From Basidiobolus meristosporus CBS 931.73 (lineage: Eukaryota; Fungi; Basidiobolomycota), in assembly GCA_002104905.1 (NCBI GenBank), contig MCFE01000335.1:1-64000 (forward strand): a DNA stretch of 64,000 bases, written 5' to 3'. The notes beneath the pieces were generated by a model. It was not told the origin of the DNA. It saw only the letters and a program-made list of their open reading frames with translations, and searched no databases. Each line of letters opens with the position of its first letter. The first letter of the stretch is position 1. The position numbers and the translations under genes are program-made. This document shows positions 22,509 through 35,447 of this stretch, piece by piece.

Positions 22509-25500
22509 CCCTATGAAAAATAATTTGGTCCTGCAGATGGATCCAATTCCAATCAAGATCACACAATGAGGCTGTCTTAATGCTAGCAGCTTAGAATTAT
22601 TGACTCTCTACACAATCCTATGACAGGATTGTGATGGTAATTTGCTGAATTTACCAGCAAATAGAGTAAAAAACTTGACAGTGTCTTAGCAGTCTTTTGA
22701 CAAGAATTTCATAGCATTTTGAAGGTCTCAATGAACCCAACATTTATTTGAATACACCTAACCAGCCAATACATTCAAGTTTCTTGTCATACAAGAAACT
22801 TGATAGTGTTCTGACAGCCTCATTACTGACCTCTGCTGGTATTATACTGGCAGTACATTGAGCAGCAGCTAGCTCTGTGTAATGCTACCATACCAATTTA
22901 CCAAATTGTATTTCCATTTGCTACCTCCCCTTGCACCATTTGTATACTCCACTATAAAATCACCCCTCTTTATTTACTTACCCACTACTACCATGGGTAT
23001 TCCACACATAGTTTGTATAAAAAAAGCCATGGTATCCTGCTTACTAACCTCTACATATGCACACATCTACTGCAGTTAACATATATCTATCATATCAGCT
23101 TTGTGTCATTTCAGTGTGATACTTGTAAAGTTGCCATATACCTTGTATTGATGGAGACATATATCTTTCAAACATATTCTTGGTTGCTGTTGCCTTTGCC
23201 ATGAATAACTATTGAACATTGGCAAAGAACCTTTTGGTGTATTGCCAATATATTACTTGTCCCTGCTCAATTCTAGGCCCCCTGATAGGTATATTCTGCC
23301 ACTTCTTTGCGTAAACTCTGTATTAATGGTGTAGAAACTGGCTTATGACCAAGAGGAACCTGTCTTACTTTGGTAAGGTTGTCCCAATAGAAATTAGTTG
23401 CTTGTGTGTTCCACCTAACATTATATTACTTAGCTATTCACCCATACATAGGGGCTGCTTAGCCTCTTATTGACTAAGGCACAGGTGTCTCCATGTTCAC
23501 ATTGGTATTTTGTATCTACTGGCTCTTCCTGGCTGTCCTCTATGTGCCTACTCATAAAATCAATGATGGACTTGCAGGTTATATTCTTAGTTAGATTGGG
23601 ATATGGTGGTACCTGCAACTTGAATTGTCTTCCTATCTCCCCACACATTTGCTTCATAGAGAGCTCCCAAAATGTGAAGCAAGGCCCAGTATTCTCTACA
23701 TATCAAGCAAGATTGGGTGGAGAATAGATGCAGTAGCAGCACAGATCTATGCATTCAACTATACACTTGTAATATAGCTGCTCAAATGCAGTTACATACT
23801 CCTTACACAGAAATTGTAGATGCATCAAGTTGGCTTTGTGATTGGCTTCTGGTTAACTATTCCTACAATGCTGACATATGACTCCTAATGCTTCTGGTGT
23901 ACTGTTGGTAGAAATAACTTTAGAAGGTCACTTGAATAAATACATATTTAGTCCATCCAGTTCCTGCATATGTTTGGTTGTAAATGCATATGAATATTAA
24001 TAGGCACCTGTGAGAAGTACTTTGGGTGGCAGATACTCTGTAGTGTCTTGCCAATTCTTTTAAATTTCTCTGGTAACTTAAAGGCTCATTTAGCATGAAA
24101 TGCCCCATTTACAATTGGTCACTAGCATAGGGATATTGCTGAAAGGCCAATATATTGTTCCAAATGGAAAGTCTTTCCTCCAACAGATACTCTCCATCAA
24201 AAGTATCTGCAGTTTCTGATTAGCTCCATACCTGAACCAATGGCTAAGAGCTTGCCAACTTTGCTGCAATTGCATGCTGACTTCTGTACATTCTCTTTGT
24301 GGGAAGATGGTGTTTTTAGTGTTTGTATTTGGATAACAGTAATATGTGTGAATCTTGGAGTAAATCCCCTAGATCTCACAAATTTGACAGCAATACTGTC
24401 CATTGTGCCTGGAAAAACCTGTTATCTTGCTGATGGCTGGGTATCTCCAATGCATAAAATAATATGCACTTTACATAACAGCCATTTACTGTTATCCTGC
24501 TGGAAAGCATTCAAAACTCATCCAGCAATGGATAAAAGTAACTGTTCAGGTTGAATGGTACTTCAGGCCCAGATACCAGTGAGACTACCATCAGATTCTG
24601 GCTCTGATACCATAAGATAGGTGGCAGATTCAGGTTGATCAGAATCAGTGGCCAGGAGGATATGCTGTTATTGTACTTGTTTAATGAGAGACTATTGAAT
24701 GCCAAGGCAAAGGCACAGTCATACATTCCTTCAAAGTAGCCCTTGCTTCCTAGCTGCTTGTAATATTTGCCACCAAATGTATTTGATATGCTTGAGCTTG
24801 ATTAATACCAAGTGCAGTACTTAATAGCTTCACAATACTTGTTTGACTCTATGAGCTTCTTGGTATAGGGTATTACAGGAATATATCCAGAGTGCGAAAA
24901 ATGTTTTCCCCCAATTGTGGTGGATTCCTGACAAGTTGGACACCTTGCAACAGAGGCATTTTCTGATATGAATGCCATGCAACTGTTAGCACATGCTGTT
25001 AAAATGATGGTCTCTTGGTCATATGTTGCCAGCTGCATGATGGTCTTCATATATACTATACACATGGTAAGTTGCATCCCAGGATGATTTTGGCAAGAAG
25101 TAGCTGTAAGTCCTTAATGCCCCCATTACTGATAAAAGTGAAAATGTGCCACTTCTCTAGCCCCAACATAACATCATTCACCAGTAAATGGATAACTGGG
25201 CTCACCCAATTCCATAAAGTATCTGTGGCATTTTTTCCAGAGGTGTTGTCTCATTGCATAATGGGATTTTGCCAGGCTCATGCAGGGTACTGTTGTTAGG
25301 GAACATTGACTCACAATCCATCAGTGAGCCTGCTAATTCAGAGCTATCACTTTGTGTACTATATTCAGAAGGCTGGGGTGAGCCCAAAGGCATCACAAAC
25401 TCTCTTAACTCTGTTTGCACAAGGTGACAAGTAGGGCCAAATGCTGTTACAGAAATATCAAGTGGCTGGCAAGATATTGTTGGTACTGTAGTAAATGGTA

Positions 25501-26127
25501 AATGGTCAAATATGACTTGTGTGGCAAAACACTGACCATGATCCTTGGAGTACTTCTTATGCTGTCCACATGCTTCATGGCTGAGAGGCCTGCTACAATA
25601 GCCCCATGGCTTTTTTCTCTTCTCTTTTGGCATGGAATCAAAGTAGTCTTGTCCATGGGGCAAACAGTTTAACAGTCCACAACATAATGCTATTATATCA
25701 CTTTTTTGTCAAAACCCATGTGAATTTAAGACAGTATTGTACTTGAGACTCTGCAACTACATGAATGTAAGATTCAATGATGACCTTCTGTAGTAAGCAT
25801 TATAAATAAAGTTGTGGCACTACATAACATGTATATAACACCATTTCCCCTTTGGTTTAAATCACTTCCATATATATGCCGCCAAAAAATAAAGCAAAGT
25901 TGTCTGGTTCCCAACCAAATCCCACAGCTGACAGCAGCAGAAGTACATTTGGACAACAGCTTGCTTTAGCATTCAGTACAACAAGCAGGGCTGCAACTAA
26001 AAAAGACCCTGTGGACAGTGTGCCCACTGAAGGGAATAATGCGGACTCCTCAGGCTCCCAGTCAAGTAGGCAATTGAGAATCTTGGCGGAGCCACAAGCT
26101 GATCATATTTCAGAGGCATATGAGAAT
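22509..26127 (-). mobile_element. CACTA/EnSpm copy; its ORF2 is interrupted at 26127 by another copy
   Basis: Left TIR CCCTATGAAAAATAAT at 22509; transposase relic ~22600-25660; ORF2 start MPPKNKAK at 25876. Confidence 0.8.
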
Positions 26128-26199
26128 CCCTATGAAAAATAATTTGGTCCTGCAGGGTGGATCCAATTCAGATCAGCCGTCAAGATCCTGTTTAGAGTC

Positions 26200-29100
26200 C
26201 GTCATAATAACAGCAGCTTGGAATTAGTGACCCTCTTAACAATCTTATAACAACATCATGAAGGTGTTTTGCTAATTTTACAGCCAAATAAAGGGATAAA
26301 ACTTGACAATATTTTATTGGTGCTGTAACAATATTTACATGGTATTGTTGCAGTCTTTCAGCACTCTATAACTATGTTAAGTAAATCCAGTTGGCCAGGA
26401 CATCCAGTTGCCTTATATGGCAAGAAACTTGACAGTATTTTGATGGCCTCACAGCAAGACTCTGATGGCATTATATTGGCACAATGATGGCTTACCACTG
26501 GTTCTGTATAATGCTACCATACCAATTTACCAAATGGTATTTCCTTTTTCTACCTCCTCTTGTGGAATTCATATATTCCACTGTAGTATCACCTTTCTTT
26601 ATTTGCTTACCCACTACCACCTTGGGTATTCCACATATAGTTCAAATCAAAAACAAATATGGCCTCCTGCTTGCTAACCTGTACAAATATGCACACCTGC
26701 TGCAATTGACATACTTCTATAACCTCAACTTTACGGCTTTTTAGTGTGATACTTGCAAAGTTGCCATATACCTTGTATGGCTGGTAACATATACATCCTG
26801 CAAACATATGCTTGGTTGTCACCACTTTTGCCATAAATACCTCCTGAACATCCATAAAGAACTTCTTGGTATTTAGCCAATATATTCCTTCTCCCTGCAG
26901 GATTCTAGTCCCTCTTATAGGTGCACTCTGGCTTTTGTTTGTGTGAATTCAGCAATGAATGATATAGAAGCTGGCTTTTGACCACAAGTGATCCAGCATA
27001 TCTTGGTGGAGTTTTCCTGATAGAAATTAGTTGCTTGTTACACCAAACCCAACTTTGCATTACTTAACTGATTACCCATTGATTGGGGCTGCTTAGCTTC
27101 TTAATGCCATAGGATAGGTGTCTCCATGTGCACATTTGTCCTCAGTATTTTCCAACTCTTTCTGGCTGTCCTCCATGTGCCAACTCAACACATTCATGAC
27201 AGACTTAAAGGTAATATTCTTAATGAGATTGGGATATGGTAGTACCTACAACTTGACTCATCTTCCTATCTCCCCACACATCTGCTCCATAGGAAACTCC
27301 CAAAAGGTGAAGCAAGGCCCAATAGTCTCCACACACCATGCAAGATGGAGTAGAGAATGGATACAGTAGCAGCAGGGATCTATGCGTTCAGCTTTATGTT
27401 TGTAGTATAGCCGCTCAAATCCTGTTACAAACTCCTCACCCAACAGCTGTAGATGCATTAAGTTGGCATTAGTGATCTGCTTCTGAATAAATATTCCTAA
27501 AATGTCCACATATGACTCCCAATGCTTCCAATGTACTCTTGGTAGGAATGGCTTCGGAACACCACTTGAAAAAATACATATCTAATTTATCCAGTCTTTG
27601 CATTTGAATTGCTTCATATGCGTATGAATATTAATTGGAGCCCATGAGAAGTACTTAAGGTAGTGGATACTCTGTAACATCTTGCCACTTCTTTCATATT
27701 TCTCCAGTATCTTGAAGGGCTCATTTAGCTTGAATGCACCATGTACAACTTGGTCATCAGTATAGGGATTGCTGAAAAGCAAGCACATTGCTCCCAGTGG
27801 AAAGCTTTTGCTCCAACAGATAACTGCTATCTTAAGTATCTCTGGTTTCCAATTGATTCCATATTCCAGCTGATGGTTTATAGCTTGCCAACTTTGCTAC
27901 AATTGCATGCTTACTTCAGTATGTTCTCTCTATGAAAAGATGATGTTTTTAGTGCTGGTGATTGGTAATAATAATCTGTGTGAGTTATAGAGTAAATCTG
28001 CTGGATCTCACACATTTGACAGCAATGCCATCCATTATGCCCAAAAAACCTGCTATCTTGCTAATGGCTGGGGCATCTCCAATGCAGATAATGATATGCA
28101 CTTTACATGACAGCCATTTACCGTTATCCTGCTGGAAAGCATACAAAATTCATCCAGCAATGGTTACAGGTAGCTATCCCAGTTGGACGGTGATTTAGAC
28201 CCAGATACCAGTGAGACTACCTTCAAATTATTGCTCTGATACCGTAAGATGGGTGGTAGATTCAGATTGCTGAGAATCAGTGGCCAGCAGGATTTGCTAG
28301 TAGAGTACTTGTTTAATGAGAATATACCAAGTACTAAAGCAAAGGCATGGTCATACATAACTTCAAAGTAGCCCTTGCTTCTTGGCTGTCTGTAATGTTT
28401 GCCATCAAATATATTGGATATGTTTGTACTTGATTGCTACTGAGTGCAGTACTGTATAGCTTTGCAATATTTGTTGGACTGCAACAGCTTCCTCATATGG
28501 GGTATGACCAGAATATATCTGGAGTGTGTACAATGTTATCCATCAATGGTGGTGGATTCCTGACAATTTGGACACATTACAATGGTAGCATTTTTGGATG
28601 TGAATGCCATGCAACTGTTAACAGATGCTGGAATCAGGACAGTCTCTGGATCATATGTTGCCAGCTGCATGATGGTTGTCTACTTGTACCATGTACCTGG
28701 TAAGTTGCATCCCAGTATGATTTTGGCAAGAAGTAGTAATAAATCCTCAAAGCCCCCATTACTAATATTAGTGGAAACATGCCACTTCTATAGCCATAAC
28801 ATTACATCATACCACAGTAGATGGATTACTGGGCTCACTTGGCTCCATAAGTTATCCTTGGCATTTGTTTCAACAGGTGTTGTCTCATTGCATATAGGGA
28901 CTTGACCAGGCTCATAAGAGGTACTGTTGTTAGGGGAGATAGGCTCAAAATCCATCAGTGAACCTTCTTTATCAGAGGTATCACTCTGCAGGCCATATAC
29001 AGAAGGCTGAGGTGAGCCTAGAGGCATCACAAACTCACCTGACTCAGTTTGTGCAAGGTGACAAAGATGGCCAGGTGCCAATATAGAAGTTTCAACTGGC

Positions 29101-29300
29101 TGGCAAGATAATGTTGGTACAGTGGAGACCAATACATGGTCAAATATGACTAGGGTGGCAAAACACTGGCCATGATCCTAGTAATACTTCCTATGCAGTT
29201 TGCATGCTTCATGGCTGTGAGGCTTGCCACAATAGCCACATGGTCTTTTCTCTCTTCTTGTACAGCGTTGAGTCAAAGTAGTCTTGTCCATGAGGCACAT
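26200..29300 (-). pseudogene. CACTA transposase (Transposase_21 and DUF4218-like regions), multiply disrupted
   Basis: SCWPLILSNLNLPPILRY...SGSKSPSNWDSYL; FVTGFERLYY...IHSLLHLAWCVETIGPCFTFWEFPMEQMCG. Confidence 0.8.
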
Positions 29301-30167
29301 AGTTTGACCTTCAACAACATAACACTATTACATCACTTTTTGGTCAATACTCATGTGAACTTAAGACAGTCTTGTATTTGAGACATTGTACCTATATGAA
29401 TGCAAACTTCAATGATAACCTGCCATAGTAAGCATTGTAAATAAAGTTGTGGCACCACATACACATGTATATGTAACACTATTTCCCCTTTGATTTGACT
29501 CACTTCCATATATATGCTGCCAAAAAATAAAGCAAAGTTATCTGGTTCTCAATCAAACCCCACCACTGATGGCAACAGAAGAACAGTTGGACAGCAGCTT
29601 GCTTTGACATTCAGTGCCACAAGCAGGCTACATCCAAAAAAGGCCCTGTGGACAGTGTGCCCAATGAAGGTAATAATGCGGACTCCTCAGCCTCTCAGTC
29701 AAGAAGACAATTGAGAACCTCTGCAGAGCCACAAGCTGACCATTATGCTCAGGCAGATGAGAATGTAGCAAACACAGTTCCCTCAGTTGAAGATCAGCAA
29801 GTAGCCATGATAACATCACCACCACCCATATTAGCAAGCTTGTTGTCAGCTCATACCAAAGCATTAATAAAGCAATTAGGTGCAGTGGGTGATAGGATAG
29901 ATGCAATTGCCCAGAGGAATCAGGAAAAAGTCCCAAAACAGGATGAGCAGATAATACATGTAGAGCAGTCAATACTACAGGTAGAGAAAGCAGTAGACTT
30001 GTTCCGTTGGATAGTGCCACACAGTGCCAGCCGGTTTATAGTGCCGGATCAATCTGGCACTATCTGGCACTATAATTTCTACCATGATGCCAGTGGTATG
30101 ATACAGTTACTGGTAATTTTACTCAATCTTACTTATGTTGCTCAGAATAGTGCTTTCCTTGCTTTAT

Positions 30168-31052
30168 TTACTCTTCATAATGCTCCAGACACATTTCTCT
30201 CAGTGGATGTCTTCTTGTATGAACATACTGTGCATTAATAAGTATCTTAACTATTTTACCTATTCTGCTGTTTTCATCTATATATGACTTTCCTCTGTAT
30301 TTACCTGCCAATATGCTGAATCTCTTCAGATATCCAAATGTGTGCTCTACCCTTACTCTGAAATGATTAAATATCTCATTGTAGAGCTTCTGCTTCCTGC
30401 TAAGCACACCATTCCTTGGCTTCCTATAAGCTGTAATACATCCTAATCTCTGACAATCCTCTCCTATATAGGCCAAGTCTGCCATACATTTCTCCCCTCT
30501 ACTGAATTCAGGATGATTCTCTACCCAGAGTGCTTTGTCATGCCTACTTCCAGCAAATGGCCCACTAAACCAGATGATGTTACCCTCAATGTCAGACAGT
30601 GCTTGAAACTTCACACAGTGTGCCTTGTACTTGCCAGAATAAAAGTGCCTCTGCCCTCTAGAAGGTCTGTTAATCCTCACTGGGAAGGTATCCAAAATAC
30701 TCCTGATATGGAACCTGTTGCTGAACACTCTGGGATATGGAAGTCTATTGGAGCTTCTGAACCTAGTATTCCAAGCTTGCTCTAAGTCATTCATACCCTC
30801 TGCAAGGTGGTTCTCCATTGCTGTCAGCTGGGAATGAAAGCTTCTAGGACTTTCGTTGCCATGGATGGTGGGATGAAACCTTGTAGGGCAATAGTTCTTT
30901 TAATAGCAGAGAAGCTTAACAAGGGATCTCCTTGAGTAGATTGGGGTTGATGGTCCACAGTACTTGGAATAGATCTCCTCCAGTGTGTCAAAAGGAAATC
31001 CAGTGGTAGTGATGGGATTGATGAGAAAAGACCATTCAGATGAGTAAGTCAT
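30168..31052 (-). pseudogene. DDE_Tnp_4 (IS5/Harbinger-type) transposase, ~294 codons, one premature TAA (TAC in copy 2)
   Basis: ILDTFPVRINRP, YSGKYKAHCVKFQ, GSRHDK, MADLAYIG, RVRVEHTFGYLKRF. Confidence 0.85.
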
Positions 31053-31504
31053 ATTAAAATTGATGGATGATTGTATGGAGGTGGTTTGAATCGATTTGGC
31101 GCAATCTGCGTTATTTATCTGATTTTTAACACATTATGGTTAAATCTCCATCAATTGCCATGTATCCCATCATTATGTCGCAAAAATCATCCGCAAACAA
31201 TGCCTTGGTACTTTTATTGATGCTTTAATCATAGGTCTATAATCTAATAGGAAATCTGCAATTGATGTGATCTGATCCGTGTCAACGCAATCCAAGATGC
31301 ATCATGCATAATATATGGAAAATTCAACAATCACTTTAGTTTTCATATATATTTCATATAAGACCAGGTTGATGCCAATATACTGCTGTATAAGTATCCA
31401 AATCCGTTGCTATGGTCCCCATACCAAGCCTCAACTCATCTTTAGTACAACCCAGACAAAACCCATCCCCCAGCTCACTAGCGCGGTCCGGACCGGAGAA
31501 GTCG

Positions 31505-32674
31505 ATGTCGGATCCGTTCAAGTTCTCCCCAAATGATTTTAGTATGGCCCAAGTGTCTATGATGTGCCTTCATACAGATATTTGGGCACTACTGATTAAT
31601 CTAGCAGAACTAGATACCTCAGAGAGTTGACAAAGATGGAAGAATTTGAGTAGAAAGCTGTGGCATGAGTTCTACATCAAGATGCCAGCCGATGTATGTA
31701 AAAAGATATATAACAAGACAAGTATTGAAATCAAGAATGAGCTGAGAGTGAGGGGATTTGACGAGGAAGCCGCGCGGGAACAATTTTGCGCGCAATTTGC
31801 ACAGTACGGGCCGGACGCGTCCGTTTGTGCCTCAACTTTGGGAACCAAAGAGATTTTGAATGAATTTTTGCCTCAAATGACTAATGTACTACGTGATATA
31901 TTAGTAGAGCTAAGTGGCTTCTGAGAGCAATATATGCAGGACTCATCCAGGCAACAGCTCCAAAGTATGAGACAGAGGGTAAGTGAATACCTTGAGGAAT
32001 CAGATGGTGAGCTTCAGGAGGAAGAATACAGACTGCAAGCAACATTGTCCAGATTGCGCCAGCACGCCTCGCTGGATTCCCTAACATCTCTTGCAACCAC
32101 AGCACGCCGGCGCACGTCAGTCCAGACCATGCCAACACCCTTTAACAGAATGCCCCGCGTTGAGTCAACGTGCATTGAGTCAACGCGCGTCGGGTCAACG
32201 CACGCGCTTCAGAGCAAAACTACCAGAACTCGCCAAACTGCTCATTTAGACACAAGTCCATTGGAGCGGACTGAGTCACGTCAACATGTGGCATCACATT
32301 GAACTCAGCCAAGGGCCATCTCAACGCGTCAAGGCGCGCCTGCGCGTGCCGTTTCGCCTGACCATCAGCAAGTTACTTCTGGTGAAATGACTGATGATGA
32401 CCAACATGAAGTGACTCAACCACTGGAGCCCTTGGCAAGTAAAAGAACGCGTCAGCGCGTAGCACTACAGGCCGGTTCAGTTGGTTCAGTCGGAGTGATT
32501 CAGCGCGGCCAAGCTGCAGCATTGCACTCATCAACTAGGAGGCAAAATACTGACTACAAATACACAAGTAGCCAAGATGATAGTCAGCCAGGAAGTAGTA
32601 TAGGTGTGCAAAGTGAGTCACTACCAAATGCTTCAGTAGTAATCCCTGTGAGAAAAAAACCCAGGAGAAGATGA
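31505..32674 (+). pseudogene. Second gene of the PHIS element, ~389 codons, divergent from the transposase, ending RKKPRRR
   Basis: ORF pieces 31412, 31646, 31934 and 32387 share one frame; the three internal stops are all TGA, consistent with CGA decay. Confidence 0.7.
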
Positions 32675-35355
32675 TGCGATTGCTTTGAATCGCTCACATT
32701 TGTAATGATCCCAACAGCCCTTTTTTTTTTGCAATCTGAATCAAGCCATTGCAAATCAGTGATCATCAAATTTTTGATATAAGTAATATCAAGGACATCT
32801 CACATTTGAGACAGAACCCCTATAAATAAACACCCTGCATATATATACGTCATCTGTAATACCAGTGCAGCTATTGGATCTGTTTCGCACCTACACAATC
32901 GCTTGCATGCTAGCTATGACACCTTGCCCAATCACTAGGATCAGGGACTTACTTGCTCAATGGGCTAAATGGGATATTTGATGGCAAATCAGGTAGCTTT
33001 TTCAGTAGTCAATGAGCCAATTGGGGGCTGCCAGCTTCAGGATACTTTTGGACCAATTAACCACTGAGATACCGTCCAATTGGAGTGAGGGTAACCAAAA
33101 TGGTAAGTATCAGTGTAGTTTATAGTGTGATACACATTTATTTCCATTTACATTAAAGAAACATATCCAAATACCGGATTTTACCTGCCATTATAGTGGT
33201 ATCTGATCGCGCACGTGATGCAAGCATTACAAGTTGGCGCAATCATCTGCGCCAACCTCATCGTGTCAGATTGTGCCATAGTGTGCGAGATTGTCCCGCA
33301 TAGTGCAAAATTGTCCAAGAACGATCCTGCCTTCTGGTAGCTATAATATTGCGCCCGATTGTTCTTTGCAACCAGCGGATCACGCCGCACGCCCTGGCAT
33401 GGTACGATGGAACAAGTCTAGTATCTTTGCAGCAAAGAAGGAACTCAAGTAGCTCAATGTCACAGCCAAGAATTGAGCCATTTCCCAATGTAGCAGCAGA
33501 GGAGCACCATGCAGTCTTTGGGGCACAGCAACAGTGCCTAAAGATAAAGCCCACAGAAAAACCTATCACAGCATGGGAGGGAGACAATGTGGTGTTTATA
33601 CTAAAGCCCAAAAATCAAAAGATATTGAAGATCCATGAGGCCATTGAGTGCAAAATGAAGAGTGGGCTAATATATAAGAGGCTGTCAGAAGTCTAGCACA
33701 CCATCACCTTAAGGCCAGCATACCATGGGACCATCAGGAACTCAAGGCCAAGCAGAATGCACTTGACTTGTTCCATGAGCATTATCCTGAATTCAAATGG
33801 GCAAGTGGATTTTGGGCCAGCATTGGTATGCTAAGGAAGTATCTCAAGAATAGCAGAAACTATCAAAGGCAGAAGAACAAGGATGCCATGGCTAAAAACC
33901 AGCAGCTTCCTTAAGAGCCCATTGCAAGCAGGGCCAAAAGCTCCAGACAAGCGTCAAAGAGACGCTAGGCAGCTGGAAGAGTGCCAATTGGGGACAAGCA
34001 GGCAGACATGGATGCACCAGCACAACATTCATCAAGGAAAAGGCATAGTACCACTTAAGAAGCACCCAGCCAAAGTAACAGTAAAGGACCTGGCAATGAT
34101 AAGAACTAGCTGCTTTTATATGAGCCCATCACAACTACAGTTGAGAGCTCAAAACAAGCTGAAAAGAAATGTAAGGTTGCCAGAAGAGTGCCAGCAAGGG
34201 ACAAGCAGGCCAACACAGATGCATCACAGCGGAATTTATCCAGCAGAAAATGTAGTTCTTTGTAAGAAGCACTCAGACAAAGTAGCAGTGAAAGACCTGG
34301 CAGTGATAAAGGAAAAGGTAAAGGGGGAAATGTCTATCCAAGCCTGAGAAAGGGAGGCATGCAAAAAAACTGCAGTTCTTGTCAATTAACACTGCAAGCC
34401 AGGAACAGACTGAATTCCATCATAGCCAAGAAGAATTATCAACAAGACAACAGCTGTTTTCACAAGAGTTGGAAGCGCAGCCAGTTGAGCTACACTCCAG
34501 CAAGGTAGATGAGTTTGCTGAAAAAGGCAATTTGTCTACCACAGCATCCTCAGCCTCCATTGCTGACAGGGTGGAGATCCCACTGACAGATAAGACCACA
34601 ATGTCAAGAGCTCAAAAGACTATCACAATGCCTTCAGTGTAGTTGTGGAACATCAATAGGTACACCAAGAGGTTGCAGCACTTCTTCAAGAGCAGTGCTC
34701 AAGAATGCACTGGAATATTGCAAGGAATTATTGCAAAGACTAGTAGATGAGGAGCTAGACCTGGCAGTGCTGGCTGAAGACCAGGATGTGTGGGAATCAG
34801 TGAATGAACAGTGGCATAAAGCCATTGGGTTCCTGCCAAAGTCATGGAACCAGAGCGTTACAGCAGAAATACTTATTGAGTGGTGGATTTTAATGGAGCT
34901 ACTTATTGAGTATGGTGTTGTGCTTAATGTTAGTGTAGGGTATAGGGACTTGTATAGGTCAATAAAATTGGCAATTGAGGTACAACTGGAGGTTCAATGG
35001 AAATAAACCAATTTGTATGCATGAAAAGTAAGAGAAACAGATGAGTCAGGATGCAAGCAGTGTGAAAAAAAGGTAATAGGCAATCAATTCACACAAATGT
35101 AGAAGGCAATAGAGTGTCTGGGATCAGAAAGTGAGCAAATTGGCAGGGACTCAATCAAAAGTCACTTATACATTGTTGTGATGAAAAATTTTGACTAAGT
35201 TTTTTGTGAAATCTGGGGTGCCATTAGTTTCAACAGTCTCTGGACAGTGTCTTGCCACAATCAGTACCTCTTAGTCACAGGACTTGCAATTTGTGATGGC
35301 CTTTTGATGGGATCATCTGAATAATTTTTCATAGGGCAATGTAGCAAAGGCAGTA

Positions 35356-35447
35356 CATTATGAAGAATAATTGGTACTGCTTCAATCTGGATTGGCTATC
35401 AAGATACAGTCAGGAAACCCCAATGAAACCAGCAGCTTGGAATTAAT
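35356..35447 (-). mobile_element. CACTA left-end fragment
   Basis: CATTATGAAGAATAATTGG...CAGCAGCTTGGAATT matches the left end at 26128-26225. Confidence 0.65.

Larger units (their letters stand above)
29995..33419 (-). mobile_element. PHIS-superfamily (Pangu-like) DNA transposon, copy 1, 3425 bp
   Basis: TIRs AGACTTGTTCC and GGAACAAGTCT; 3-bp TSD AGT at 29992-29994 and 33420-33422; host frame rejoins. Confidence 0.85.
29514..35006 (+). pseudogene. CACTA accessory ORF2 of unknown function, split by the PHIS insertion
   Basis: Frame rejoins across the insertion (QVEKAV/SLQQRRN); contains a WASIGMLRKYLKNSR block and basic low-complexity repeats. Confidence 0.6.
26128..35336 (-). mobile_element. 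Structurally complete CACTA/EnSpm element (~5.8 kb net of the PHIS insertion) with divergent transposase and ORF2
   Basis: TIRs CCCTATGAAAAATAAT and ATAATTTTTCATAGGG; AAT on both flanks (one extra C at right); host ORF2 rejoins as GAGAAT/GTAGCAAA. Confidence 0.8.

Noticed and set aside
35206-35220. CACCCCAG as the CACTA terminus (also near 52848 and 62897)
   Set aside because: Sequence is conserved on both sides in all three copies; the real end (CATAGGG / CACTATG) lies ~115 bp further out.
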